Below, in pieces: positions 27,440 to 38,740 of a DNA stretch of 64,000 nucleotides. The position numbers were made by a program, and so were the translations under genes. Position 1 is the stretch's first letter, and every line of letters begins with the position of its first letter. Where the stretch lies: the NCBI GenBank assembly GCA_963724285.1, contig CAVRUD010000018.1:37173-101172 (forward strand), given 5' to 3'. Under the pieces are notes generated by a model. The model did no database searches, had not been told where the DNA came from, and saw nothing but the letters and a program-made list of their open reading frames with translations. Origin of the DNA: an uncultured Chloroflexia bacterium. GTDB lineage: Bacteria; Chloroflexota; Chloroflexia; Thermomicrobiales; UBA6265.

Positions 27440-30136
27440 ATGGCTCCGCTTCCCATCAATAGCGACCCGACCGCCTGGGTCGTCCAGACCAAGCTGCTGC
27501 CACCGATCGCCCGGCCCGGCTCCGTGGCCCGGTCGCGCCTCGTCGGCGCGCTCGCCCAGGCCGTCACGGACCACCGCCTGACCCTCGTCTCTGCCCCGGC
27601 CGGCTATGGCAAGACGACCCTCCTGGCCGCGCTACCAATCGCCCGACCCGACATCGCCGTCGCCTGGCTCTCGCTCGATTCCGACGACGACGACTTCTCC
27701 CGCTTCCTGTCCGGCCTCCTGGCAGCGCTCCGGCGAGTTAATCAAACCTTCGGTGCGGCCACCAGCGCCCTGCTGGCCAGCCTGGGCGACCCGGCCGCCG
27801 AGACCCGTCGAATCGGTGGTGTCCTCGTCAATGATCTCGCCAGCGCTTTCGACCACCCGGTCACAATCGTCCTCGACGACCTCCACGTCGTCTCCTCCCA
27901 CGCTCCCTACCTCTTCCTGGACTACCTCCTGGAGCGGATGCCGCCCTACGTCCACCTTGTCGTCGCTACCCGCCACGATCCGCCGCTGGCCCTCGCCCGC
28001 CTGCGGGCCCGGCGGGAGCTGGCCGAGTTCCGCCTTGCCGATCTGCGCTTCACCCCCGACGAAGCGACCGCCTTCTTTGCCGCCGCCGTCCCCGTCCCAT
28101 TCGCACCCGACCAACTTCGTCTCATGCATGAGCGAGCGGAGGGCTGGGCCGCCGGCCTGACCCTCCTCGCCGGGGCCCTCGCTCGCCTACCGGGCCGCCC
28201 CGACCGCGATGCCTTCCTCGGTCACCTTGCGGGCAGCGACCGCGATATCTACGGCTACCTCGCCGCTGAGGTGCTCGAAGCCGAATCTGCCACCACCCGC
28301 ACCTTCCTCCTTCAGACTGCCATCCTGACCGAACTCACACCTGCCCGCTGCGCCGCCCTCACCGGCCGCGCCGACGCCGGGCAGGTCCTGGAGGACCTCC
28401 ACGCCCGTAACCTTTTCGTCATCGCACTCGACCCCGCCCATACCGCCTACCGCTACCACGACCTCTTTCGCGCCTTCCTTCTGGGCCGCCTGGTTTACCA
28501 TGCATCGCCTGAAGCCGTTCGTGACCTTCACCGCCGGGCAGCCACCACCGCCGATCCAATCCGCGCCATTCCCCACCTCCTCGAAGCCGAAGATTGGGAC
28601 GCCGCCGCTGCCAGCATCGTCCACATCGGCGACGACCTTCTGGACGGCGGCGCCGTCGACACGCTCCGCGGCTGGATTGGCGTCCTGCCGGATTCTGTCC
28701 GCCGCCGTGCCCCCCGGCTCGCTTACTTCCTGGGCGTCGCTGCCTGGGACCGGTGGGACATCGCCCCGGCCCAAACGTCCCTGGAGGAGGCCCACCGGGC
28801 GTACGTGGCCACCGGCGACCGCTCCGGCGAGGGGGAAGCCCTGGTTCTGCTCGCCTCCTGCCTCATCGTCATGGGCGACTTTGCCACGGCCCGTGCGCAC
28901 CTCGATCGCGCCGACGCCGGCCCCCTGCCCGAACGGTCCCGCGTCCAGCTCCTCCTGAATCGCGCCTGGCTAAGCCTCCTCTCCGGCGACTGGCCCAGCG
29001 CCGTGCCCGCGCTCCACGCCGCCCTCGACGCCGCGACCGCTGCCAAGGATCCGCATGCCCTGCGCCTCGTCGCTACTCAGATCCAGTCCAGCTTCGTCTC
29101 CCTGCCGGGCGGGCCCGCCGCTATCGATCGCCTCGCTCACCTTGTCGACGCCCGCGGGAGCGAACTACCCGGCCCCGCCCATGCCTTCGTCTCCACCGCC
29201 GTTGCCTGGTCCCACCTGTGGCACGGCAACCGCGCCGCGGCCATCACCGCCGGCGAGCACGCCCTGGCTCTCGACGACCGCTTCGGCGGGCCGGACGCGC
29301 CGGCGGTCGATGTCGTCGGCGTCACCGCCGGGCTCCTCCTCGCGCGCCTGCACGCCTTCGCCGGCGACGATGCCGCCGCCGACCGCTGCCTCGACCGGAT
29401 CTATCAGGGGCCCCTCAGCCACGGTCTCAACCTGCCCAGCTCTCGCGCCTGGCGCGCCTCGTTCCTCTACCCGCTCGCGCGCATCCGGATCCATCAGGGC
29501 CGCGCCGACGAGGCCCGCGCCATCCACGCCCAGATGGCCGAGGCCGAGCCGGGGGAGTGGCCTCGCTCTCCCCTGCTACGCCAACTGCTCCGCGGCCTCC
29601 TCGCCATCGCCGCCGGCGATCGCGTCGCCGCCGAGGCAGACCTCCGCGCTGCCGTGGGTACCCAAGCCAGCAGTCCCGAGACCACCCAGTACGGCCTCGC
29701 CGCCCTCCCGCTTGCCCGTCTCCTACTCGACGACGGGCGCCCCACCGAAGCGCTCGCCACGCTGAAGCCCGTCCTCGCCGCCGCCGAACGCGAAGGCATG
29801 CCCGGCCCGGCCGCCTGGGAATCGCCCGACATCGTTGTCCCGCTTATGCGCCTCGCCGTCGCACATGGCGTCGCGGTTCCGGTCGCCGCCGGGATCCTCG
29901 CCGCCATCGCGGACCCCGCCGACTCGTCGTCGGTCACGACCGCCGCCGGGCTCACCCCGCGCGAGTTGGAGGTCCTCCGCCTGATCGCCTCCGGCGACGG
30001 CAACCCCGCCATCGCCGACGCACTCTTCATCAGCGTCCACACCGTCAAGATCCACGTCGCCCGCATTCTCGCCAAGTTGGACGTCGCCTCACGTGGCCAG
30101 GCTGCGGCCCGTGCCCGTGAGCTTGGCATCGTCTAG
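27440..30136 (+). CDS. MalT-like ATP-dependent LuxR-family regulator
   Basis: The ATG at 27440 lies within uninterrupted ORF 27302..30136. It contains TKLLPPIARPGSVARSRL, a P-loop (SAPAGYGKTT), VLDDLH, and the C-terminal HTH LTPRELEVLRLIASGDGNPAIADALFISVHTVKIHVARILAKLD. Confidence 0.85.
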   Translation: MAPLPINSDPTAWVVQTKLLPPIARPGSVARSRLVGALAQAVTDHRLTLVSAPAGYGKTTLLAALPIARPDIAVAWLSLDSDDDDFSRFLSGLLAALRRVNQTFGAATSALLASLGDPAAETRRIGGVLVNDLASAFDHPVTIVLDDLHVVSSHAPYLFLDYLLERMPPYVHLVVATRHDPPLALARLRARRELAEFRLADLRFTPDEATAFFAAAVPVPFAPDQLRLMHERAEGWAAGLTLLAGALARLPGRPDRDAFLGHLAGSDRDIYGYLAAEVLEAESATTRTFLLQTAILTELTPARCAALTGRADAGQVLEDLHARNLFVIALDPAHTAYRYHDLFRAFLLGRLVYHASPEAVRDLHRRAATTADPIRAIPHLLEAEDWDAAAASIVHIGDDLLDGGAVDTLRGWIGVLPDSVRRRAPRLAYFLGVAAWDRWDIAPAQTSLEEAHRAYVATGDRSGEGEALVLLASCLIVMGDFATARAHLDRADAGPLPERSRVQLLLNRAWLSLLSGDWPSAVPALHAALDAATAAKDPHALRLVATQIQSSFVSLPGGPAAIDRLAHLVDARGSELPGPAHAFVSTAVAWSHLWHGNRAAAITAGEHALALDDRFGGPDAPAVDVVGVTAGLLLARLHAFAGDDAAADRCLDRIYQGPLSHGLNLPSSRAWRASFLYPLARIRIHQGRADEARAIHAQMAEAEPGEWPRSPLLRQLLRGLLAIAAGDRVAAEADLRAAVGTQASSPETTQYGLAALPLARLLLDDGRPTEALATLKPVLAAAEREGMPGPAAWESPDIVVPLMRLAVAHGVAVPVAAGILAAIADPADSSSVTTAAGLTPRELEVLRLIASGDGNPAIADALFISVHTVKIHVARILAKLDVASRGQAAARARELGIV

Positions 30137-30419
30137 GACACTAATCGGGGAAAGGGCGACGTAGGGGGACGGCGTCAATCTCTCAGGGAGGGTCTCTCCA
30201 CCAGCGACGGAGGCCGTTGCTCCGCCCATCCATCGCATAACGGCCCGGATTTTTGCGCCTGTCCACGCCGGATAGTCCTCTAACCGCATCCAAATAGCTC
30301 CATCGAGCGACGCATCGTGGCAACGGATTCCGTACGCTCGACTTGTCCGTCCGACCCGAGCCGGACGGACGTTCAGCAACCATCGCGCCCAGCGTTAGCA
30401 TCCAAAGGAGTCCTTACCA

Positions 30420-31106
30420 ATGTCCGCGTCCTCCCTCTACCGCCTCAGCGGCCTCGCCCTCGTACTGGGCTCACTGCTCTTTGCCGTCGGCAACCTGATG
30501 CATCCCCTCGAACACTCGGTTTCCGCCCAGGCCAAGCCGACCTGGGAGGCAGCCCATATCACCTTCATGATCGGCGGCATCATCATGGTCCTCGGTCTCC
30601 CTGGGGCCTATCTTCGGCAGTCTCTCCGCGCCGGCCGGCTCGGCCTTATCGGATTCGTCGTTCTCGTCATTGGCCTGATCGGCATCGCCCCCAGCGCCTG
30701 GTACGAAGCCTTCGTCGTCAACCCCATCGGCCCTGATCTGGCCGATAAGATCGAAGGTGGCGCGGGCGGCACCTTCAACGCCATCGCCGGCCTCTTCCTC
30801 GTCTTTGGCCCCTTCCTCTTCGGAATCGCTACCTGGAGAGCGAAGGTCTTCGCCCGCTACGCTGCCCTCGCCTCTGTCCTCAGCACGCCAATCCTGCTCG
30901 TCCTCGGTGGGCTACCCGGCAAGACCGGCGGCGCCGCAATCATCTTCGGCACCGTCGTTTTCTCCGTCGCGTACGCCTGGATTGGCTACGAGCTTGTCAC
31001 CGGGGGACCTGCCGCCGCCGAAGTACCCAGTGGTGGCGCCGAGGCCACACCCGGCATCGACGCTGCCGTGAACCAGGCCACGCCTCAACTCTCCCGCGTG
31101 GCGTAG
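30420..31106 (+). CDS. Integral membrane protein (about 6 TM segments), unknown function
   Basis: The ATG at 30420 follows AAAGGAG. The translation has multiple hydrophobic segments, e.g. LSGLALVLGSLLFAVGNL and HITFMIGGIIMVLGL. Confidence 0.6.
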   Translation: MSASSLYRLSGLALVLGSLLFAVGNLMHPLEHSVSAQAKPTWEAAHITFMIGGIIMVLGLPGAYLRQSLRAGRLGLIGFVVLVIGLIGIAPSAWYEAFVVNPIGPDLADKIEGGAGGTFNAIAGLFLVFGPFLFGIATWRAKVFARYAALASVLSTPILLVLGGLPGKTGGAAIIFGTVVFSVAYAWIGYELVTGGPAAAEVPSGGAEATPGIDAAVNQATPQLSRVA

Positions 31107-31148
31107 TTGCCAGCAACGGAACGTCTGAGAGCGCCCCAGGAGGCGGTC

Positions 31149-31589
31149 ATGGCCCTCGATCCCGGCTGGGCAACACCCGGTACGCCAGGCGAGCTCCGCC
31201 ATCGCCTAACCACATTCCTCGCCGCCCATGAGGTCGGCGTCCTCGCCCTCGGCGGCGAGGACGCCACCTGGGCCATGCCCGTCACGTATCGCAGCCAAGG
31301 TCTCGCCGTCACCTGCCTCGTGCCGCGCTGGGCCGAGATCGACATCCGCCTGGTCGCAAACGCCGACGCGCTCCTCGTTGTCCCCGCCGTCCCAGGCAAC
31401 GCCGGACATTGGCTTGCCTGCCGCGGGACAGCACAACTCTGCCCGTCTGGCACCTGGCCAAGTCTCCACCCGACCCTACCGACGCTCATCCAGCCCACCC
31501 TCTACGATGTCGTCGAGCTCACGCTCAGCCGCCTCGACCTCGTCGACGAACGCTCCGGCTGGGGCCGCCGCGAGAACCTCGACGTCTAG
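31149..31589 (+). CDS. Possible pyridoxamine 5'-phosphate oxidase-like (split-barrel) protein
   Basis: The ATG at 31149 follows CAGGAGG. LTTFLAAHEVGVLALGGEDATWAMPVTY...LVANADALLVVP resembles PNPOx-family N-terminal strands. This is a weak assignment. Confidence 0.4.
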   Translation: MALDPGWATPGTPGELRHRLTTFLAAHEVGVLALGGEDATWAMPVTYRSQGLAVTCLVPRWAEIDIRLVANADALLVVPAVPGNAGHWLACRGTAQLCPSGTWPSLHPTLPTLIQPTLYDVVELTLSRLDLVDERSGWGRRENLDV

Positions 31590-31617
31590 CCGCCCCACTG
31601 CTACGAAGGAGCTTCAT

Positions 31618-31830
31618 AAGGACGGAAACCGCTTCAACAACCCATCTCGCGCCTTGACCGGGGAGCTCTCCCGCCATTCGGCCCTGAACGGAGCGACCGC
31701 TGGGCGGCAGGGGCACTCGGCCTCCGGACAGTGACCAACGCGCAGGCCCAATGCAGCAACGTCGTCTGCAAGGACGACCTCGGGATCTACAACGACGGCT
31801 GCGTCTGCTGCGTCTATTGGTCAGGTTTGC
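31618..31830 (+). pseudogene. Decayed paralog of the Tat-signal Cys-rich protein family
   Basis: GAAGGAG (31605..31611) is followed, at the spacing expected for a start codon, by AAG rather than ATG. KDGNRFNNPSRALTGELSRHSALNGATAG parallels MDGQRFDRWTRSLARGQSRRSVLRLIGAGTVG of the 1970 gene. After a frame change it reads AQAQCSNVVCKDDLGIYNDGCVCCVY. Confidence 0.4.
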
Positions 31831-31868
31831 TCGGTAACGCTCGTCTCGAAAATCGTCTCAGAGTCATC

Positions 31869-32260
31869 ATGGCGAAACCTGTCGGACCGCGTTGGTTCTT
31901 CGACATCCATTAATGACGTCATCAACGCAGGAATCCAACTCCTCGCCGAACAGGAACGCGCCCGCCAGACCCACCTGCGCGCCTTCATCCGTGAGGGATT
32001 TGCAAGCGGCGAGCCGGTCGAACGCACCGATGACCTCATGGACGAAATCGAACGCGAGGCCGAGGCAGCCGTCCGCCGGGGCGATGTCCTGAGCCCACAT
32101 GTCCGCCCGTAGGCGGCGACTTTTGATCATTCCTTCCGCCCGCCTGGAACTCCGAGACGTCCTCGCCTCTACCGAGCAGCTCTGAGGAGTCGCCGTGGGC
32201 CGCATTCTCCACGTTCGTCAGAATCCCAGCGGCCACCTCGATCTCAAGCCAACCGTCACG
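31869..32260 (+). pseudogene. Degraded parDE-like toxin-antitoxin remnant (both genes internally deleted)
   Basis: MAKPVGPRWFFDIH stops, then an adjacent frame reads INDVINAGIQLLAEQERARQTHLRAFIREGFASGEPVERTDDLMDEIE (ParD-like) to the TAG at 32110. This is followed by LIIPSARLELRDVLAS and VAVGRILHVRQNP (ParE-like N- and C-terminal scraps). Confidence 0.4.
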
Positions 32261-32444
32261 CGTGCCCAAATCCGGATCACGAACGCCGGGGTGCTTGCCA
32301 ATTTCTCCGTCCGCCCCGAAACTGCCCCATTCCACCAGACCAGCTTCGTAGGTTCTTCGACATCCATTTTGGAATGCTCGGGGCGCAGGAGCGAACTCGA
32401 ACAGTGGCTTGGAGAGACGTAGCCTGAGCCCAGTACCATCCCAA

Positions 32445-32578
32445 TTGAAAAGAACATTTGTTCTGATATGATCAGAGCAAGCGGCACACCCGGCGCGGGT
32501 GCGGGCCTGGGCAGCTAGCAGGCGCCCCGCCCGTCTCGGACACCAGCCGTCTTCCAGGCCCCAGCGCACGCTCCCGGA
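32445..32578 (+). promoter_or_regulatory. Left copy (P_L) of the duplicated promoter-plus-leader block with a GAAC-N4-GTTC palindrome
   Basis: TTGAAA (32445..32450), 16 nt, then TATGAT (32467..32472). The palindrome AGAACATTTGTTCT (32451..32464) sits in the spacer. A 37-nt perfect match to the right copy lies at 32479..32515. Confidence 0.5.
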
Positions 32579-32639
32579 CGTTCTCCCCCGTCACCGCCGA
32601 AACTGCTTATCTACTTTCATACCATTTTCAGAGCCGCCG

Positions 32640-33010
32640 CTATTCCGGGTTCTCTTCTCTACTCCTTTGCACCACAATCGGCCCACTTAGCGCCTGCAAT
32701 CTCTGCTCCCGTTCCCGCCAATCTGGCAAATACGCGAGCAGAAAACTCTTGAAGACCTTCCCATGATTTGGCGCAAGCAAGTGCACCAACTCATGCACGA
32801 TCACGTACTCACCGAGCGACTGTGGCAGCTCAATTAACTCGGCATTCAGCGTCAACCTCCCACCGGTCGACATCGAAGCCCATTTCGTCCGCATCGTCCT
32901 GACGTGGATCTGCCCTACGCGCACTCCGATCCGCGTTGCCCAATGCCGCACCGCCCACCGCAGATCGTCCACGTCCGCCCACGCTAGGTTTGCGCCCTGT
33001 CCCTCCTCCG

Positions 33011-33014
<4 letters not shown>
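32640..33014 (-). CDS. DUF45 / YgjP-like M48-family metal-dependent hydrolase (short form)
   Basis: Contains ...TKWASMSTGGRLTLNAELIELPQSLGEYVIVHELVHLLAPNHGKVFKSFL, with the HExxH motif. Its ATG overlaps the hsdR stop (ATGA at 33011..33014). This is a usual partner of type I hsdR genes. Confidence 0.75.
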
Positions 33015-35879
<2,865 letters not shown>

Positions 35880-35984
35880 TCTGCATGCTCTTTCGGCATC
35901 ACTAGCTGGCTCGCTGGCTCTTATGAGAAGACGAAAGGGCGCGAAGAGCAGAGTGAATCGGCCGACCAAACCGATCGGAGACGG

Positions 35985-36379
35985 CGGCAGGAGAACGAGA
36001 GGCCCCTCTCGGGAGACTACGCCGGAGGGGAGAAGATCGAGCGTCAGCACCCTCCCACCGTTTCGTTCCGCGCACGAGACAACAGAGGCATCGACCACGC
36101 CGAGCGGCAGGTCCGCGTAACGATGGATCAGATCGCGCACACGGGCAATGTCCTGTTCGCCGCAGTCAGGCGGAAGGCGCCACGGTCGAGATCGCCGAGA
36201 AACGCATCGATCACCTCGATTGTCGACCGGCGTTCGAGCAGGTACGTCGTCTCGCACAGGCTGAGCGCCGGGTCGATCCATGGCCCGGGCTCCGCGTCAA
36301 GAGCTGCCCGGACCCGGTTGTTGTCCGTATCGCGCCGGTTGAGGTAGCCAAAGAGACCGGACGTATCGAGCGTGATCAC
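35985..36379 (-). pseudogene. vapC: PIN-domain toxin (VapC), frame-shifted and with no stop codon of its own
   Basis: The GTG at 36379..36377 overlaps the vapB stop (GTGA). It reads VITLDTSGLFGYLNRRD...IEVIDAFLGDLDRGAFRLT, then after a shift near 36160 CGEQDIARVRDLIHRYADLPLGVVDASVVSCAERNGGRVLTLD...REGPLVLLP. The shifted frame then runs without a stop into the hsdR ATG. Confidence 0.6.
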
Positions 36380-36600
36380 TGCGGGCGCCAGTTCGCCCGC
36401 AACCAATCCTCGGTATCGCGTCCATCCAGCCCGGGATCATCAACCATCCCGGCCGATACCGGCCGGGGCCGACCCTGCGCACCGAGGAACGCCTCGATCG
36501 CCTCGCGCACGATCTCCACCTCGTCCCGCCCGCTCTCCCTCGCCGCCGCCGCAAGCGCCCGCCGCAATTCAACCGGCAGTTCTATTGTCGTCGCTACCAT
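36376..36600 (-). CDS. vapB: RHH/CopG-type antitoxin (VapB)
   Basis: MVATTIELPVELRRALAAAARESGRDEVEIVREAIEAFL. It lies directly upstream of, and is coupled to, the PIN gene. Confidence 0.65.
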   Translation of the reverse strand: MVATTIELPVELRRALAAAARESGRDEVEIVREAIEAFLGAQGRPRPVSAGMVDDPGLDGRDTEDWLRANWRPQ

Positions 36601-36766
36601 GTCACGATCCTATCACGTCCCCCAACCCCGATGCCCTCCCGCCGCCGCCGCCCAGCACCCCGGCATCGTACTCACTGACGTCGACATCGACTTCGATCCC
36701 ATCTCCAGCATGACCCGCTATCAGTTACCGTATGACATTGAGATTTCGTTCCTGCCGACCGTGGGG

Positions 36767-37060
36767 TCATACCAATTGGCGATAAAGGGCTCCGGCCCTG
36801 AGATTCGCTGCGTGGTACTCGATCGTGATGGAAGTCGCGACGTTCGCGGCATCTGTGCGCGAGATGTTCTTGTCGTGAAACGCGTTCGTAAGTTCGCCCA
36901 TCCTTCTGATATGCATCACGATAGTGTCATCCCCTATGCGGGCACTGAGGATAGAGATCCGGCCAATGGACGCTTCTAATGTCTTCACCCATTCCGTCTC
37001 TATTGGCGAGTTAGCGGCCAAGCCAAACCGTTGTGCCACCTCAGGGTTGCTACGGAGCAT
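36767..37060 (-). CDS. Hypothetical protein embedded in the R-M cluster (ORF b)
   Basis: An internal ATG at 37060 of ORF 36767..37219 opens MLRSNPEVAQRFGLAANSPIETEWVKTLEASIGRISILSARIGDDTIVMHIRRMGELTN. It overlaps the stop of ORF a by 11 nt, or alternatively a+b is one frame-shifted gene. The region is low in GC. Confidence 0.35.
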   Translation of the reverse strand: MLRSNPEVAQRFGLAANSPIETEWVKTLEASIGRISILSARIGDDTIVMHIRRMGELTNAFHDKNISRTDAANVATSITIEYHAANLRAGALYRQLV

Positions 37061-37346
37061 CGAAATTCGCAGCGCGCCAAAGTGATTGTGCAGAAAGTGC
37101 TTCCTGAAAATCTGCGATTGCCTGTCGCATCCGTTCGTCACGGCGTTCGATCGCTTCGAGCTCATTCTGCCGCTCTTGCTTGCGTTGTTCGGTGCGGTCC
37201 CTAAAAAACTCGACTCCAAACGCAGTCACCCACCCCCCGATCAACCCGACTGAGAGCGGGATAAGCGTTCCCCAATCCACTCCCGAGCCCGAGTCGGACT
37301 GTGATGCTGCTTGAATCGCAGAGGCAAAGAAGGGGACATGAATCAC
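37050..37346 (-). CDS. Hypothetical small membrane/coiled-coil protein embedded in the R-M cluster (ORF a)
   Basis: MIHVPFFASAIQAASQSDSGSGVDWGTLIPLSVGLIGGWVTAFGVEFF contains a TM segment. It is followed by the charged segment RDRTEQRKQERQNELEAIERRDERMRQAIADFQEAL. Confidence 0.4.
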   Translation of the reverse strand: MIHVPFFASAIQAASQSDSGSGVDWGTLIPLSVGLIGGWVTAFGVEFFRDRTEQRKQERQNELEAIERRDERMRQAIADFQEALSAQSLWRAANFDAP

Positions 37347-37420
37347 TGGACTTACACACTTTAGCGACGAAATCTATCAATCGGACAGGGTTGGGGATAC
37401 AGTTGGGAAGCGCAAGCGGC

Positions 37421-38740
37421 TCAATCAGGACCACCCCGCATCAATTCGTCGAGCATCGCCCGGAACAATTCGTCGAACAACTTCGACTCCTTTTCTAGCT
37501 GTTCCGATCTTCTCATCGCATGCCGACAGCATGGCAACAATCTCGGCTTGCTCATCTGGTTCCGGTAGGAGCAGCGGAAACACCTTCAACTTCGTGCTGT
37601 TGATCGATGCCAGATTCGTCGTCCGGTGCGCCACCGATAGGAAAATACGCCTTCCCATAGTGGCTCTGGATCAGGAACGTTAGGAACTCGGGAGAGACGA
37701 TCTCGCGCTGCGCCATTACTGCAAATATGTGATTCTGATGCAGACAATCCGGCACCTCATCTCGCCACAGATATCCACGCCCCAACTTGTCAAAGTCTCC
37801 GCCTTCGGTCAGTACAACGTCACCGGATTGCAAACGATATCGGTCGACTTCGGTCTCCAACACCTCGATCTCTTTCATCTCCGCTAGGTCCAAGAAACCA
37901 TCCTGCACGTTCGCGACGAGCAGATAGGGCCGCTTGACTGTCTTCCCACCGTTGAACCGGCGCCCCATAGTCGCCCCGGACTGTACATGCGCTGCCTCGT
38001 CCAACCGCAGTTCCGCCCAATCGGCCGGAACGTCCCGAACATCGTCGAACGCAGCGTCCGCCCCTCCCCCCGCGTCCCGTGCGTGAACAGGTGGTGCATC
38101 AAGGCGGCTTTGCGCTCGCGTTCAAAGGCGAGTTCTTGTCTTCTCGCGTCCATCGCCCTGCAAATACAGCTCAATACGCCGTTGATCGCCACTTGCACCG
38201 AGTACGGCGGAACCGCGATGCGCACATCGCGGAGCCGTTTAGGCTGACGCTCGCCTGAGCGACGTGCTGCTGGCGCAACCGATTGAACAAGCCCATCGTC
38301 CATTGACGGTACAGGTACCAGGCAACGTAATCCCGGACAAAGTTCACTATCCGGCACCATACGAAGATATGTCATGTGATTGGAAAGGACAACATCAGGA
38401 AGGTACAGGTCCCAAAGCGCGGTCTTCCCTACGAGCTCTTGGCTATTTGTGTTATTGAAATGACGTCGTCCGGCCGGAGCGCATAGCCAGAAACGTCTCT
38501 ACCCGGCTCGATGTATTTCACCGCCGAAAGCTCAATTTGTCCGTCTGAGGAGACATTGATTGGCCTAAGCTGAGCGATCCCCCTACCCTCGTCGTTGTTG
38601 TTGCCGCACGGAAAACCGTTCCGCATTGTGAGCTGACCAGATAGTTCCAGGCCAAGGCGCACCATGGGCCATTGGAGACGATCCGTTGCGGCGTCCTCCT
38701 CTAAGTCCTCAACGAGCCCCGACGGAGCTAGCATCGTCAT
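37421..38740 (-). pseudogene. hsdS: Type I R-M specificity subunit, several frame disruptions
   Basis: Pieces lie in reverse ORFs 38429..38740, 37884..38375, 37552..38004 and 37425..37658. The conserved central and distal spacers are RIAVPPYSVQVAINGVLSCI...RRQELAFERERKAALMHHLFTHGTRGE and FPLLLPEPDEQAEIVAMLSACDEKI. The C-terminal ...FDELFRAMLDELMRGG lies in a shifted frame ending at the TGA at 37421. The ATG overlaps the hsdM stop. Confidence 0.75.

Noticed and set aside
36599-36979. A + strand 126-aa ORF between vapB and the unknown ORFs.
   Set aside because: It starts inside the vapB start region and lies antisense to the more protein-like reverse ORF 36767..37219. It has no RBS and no recognisable features.
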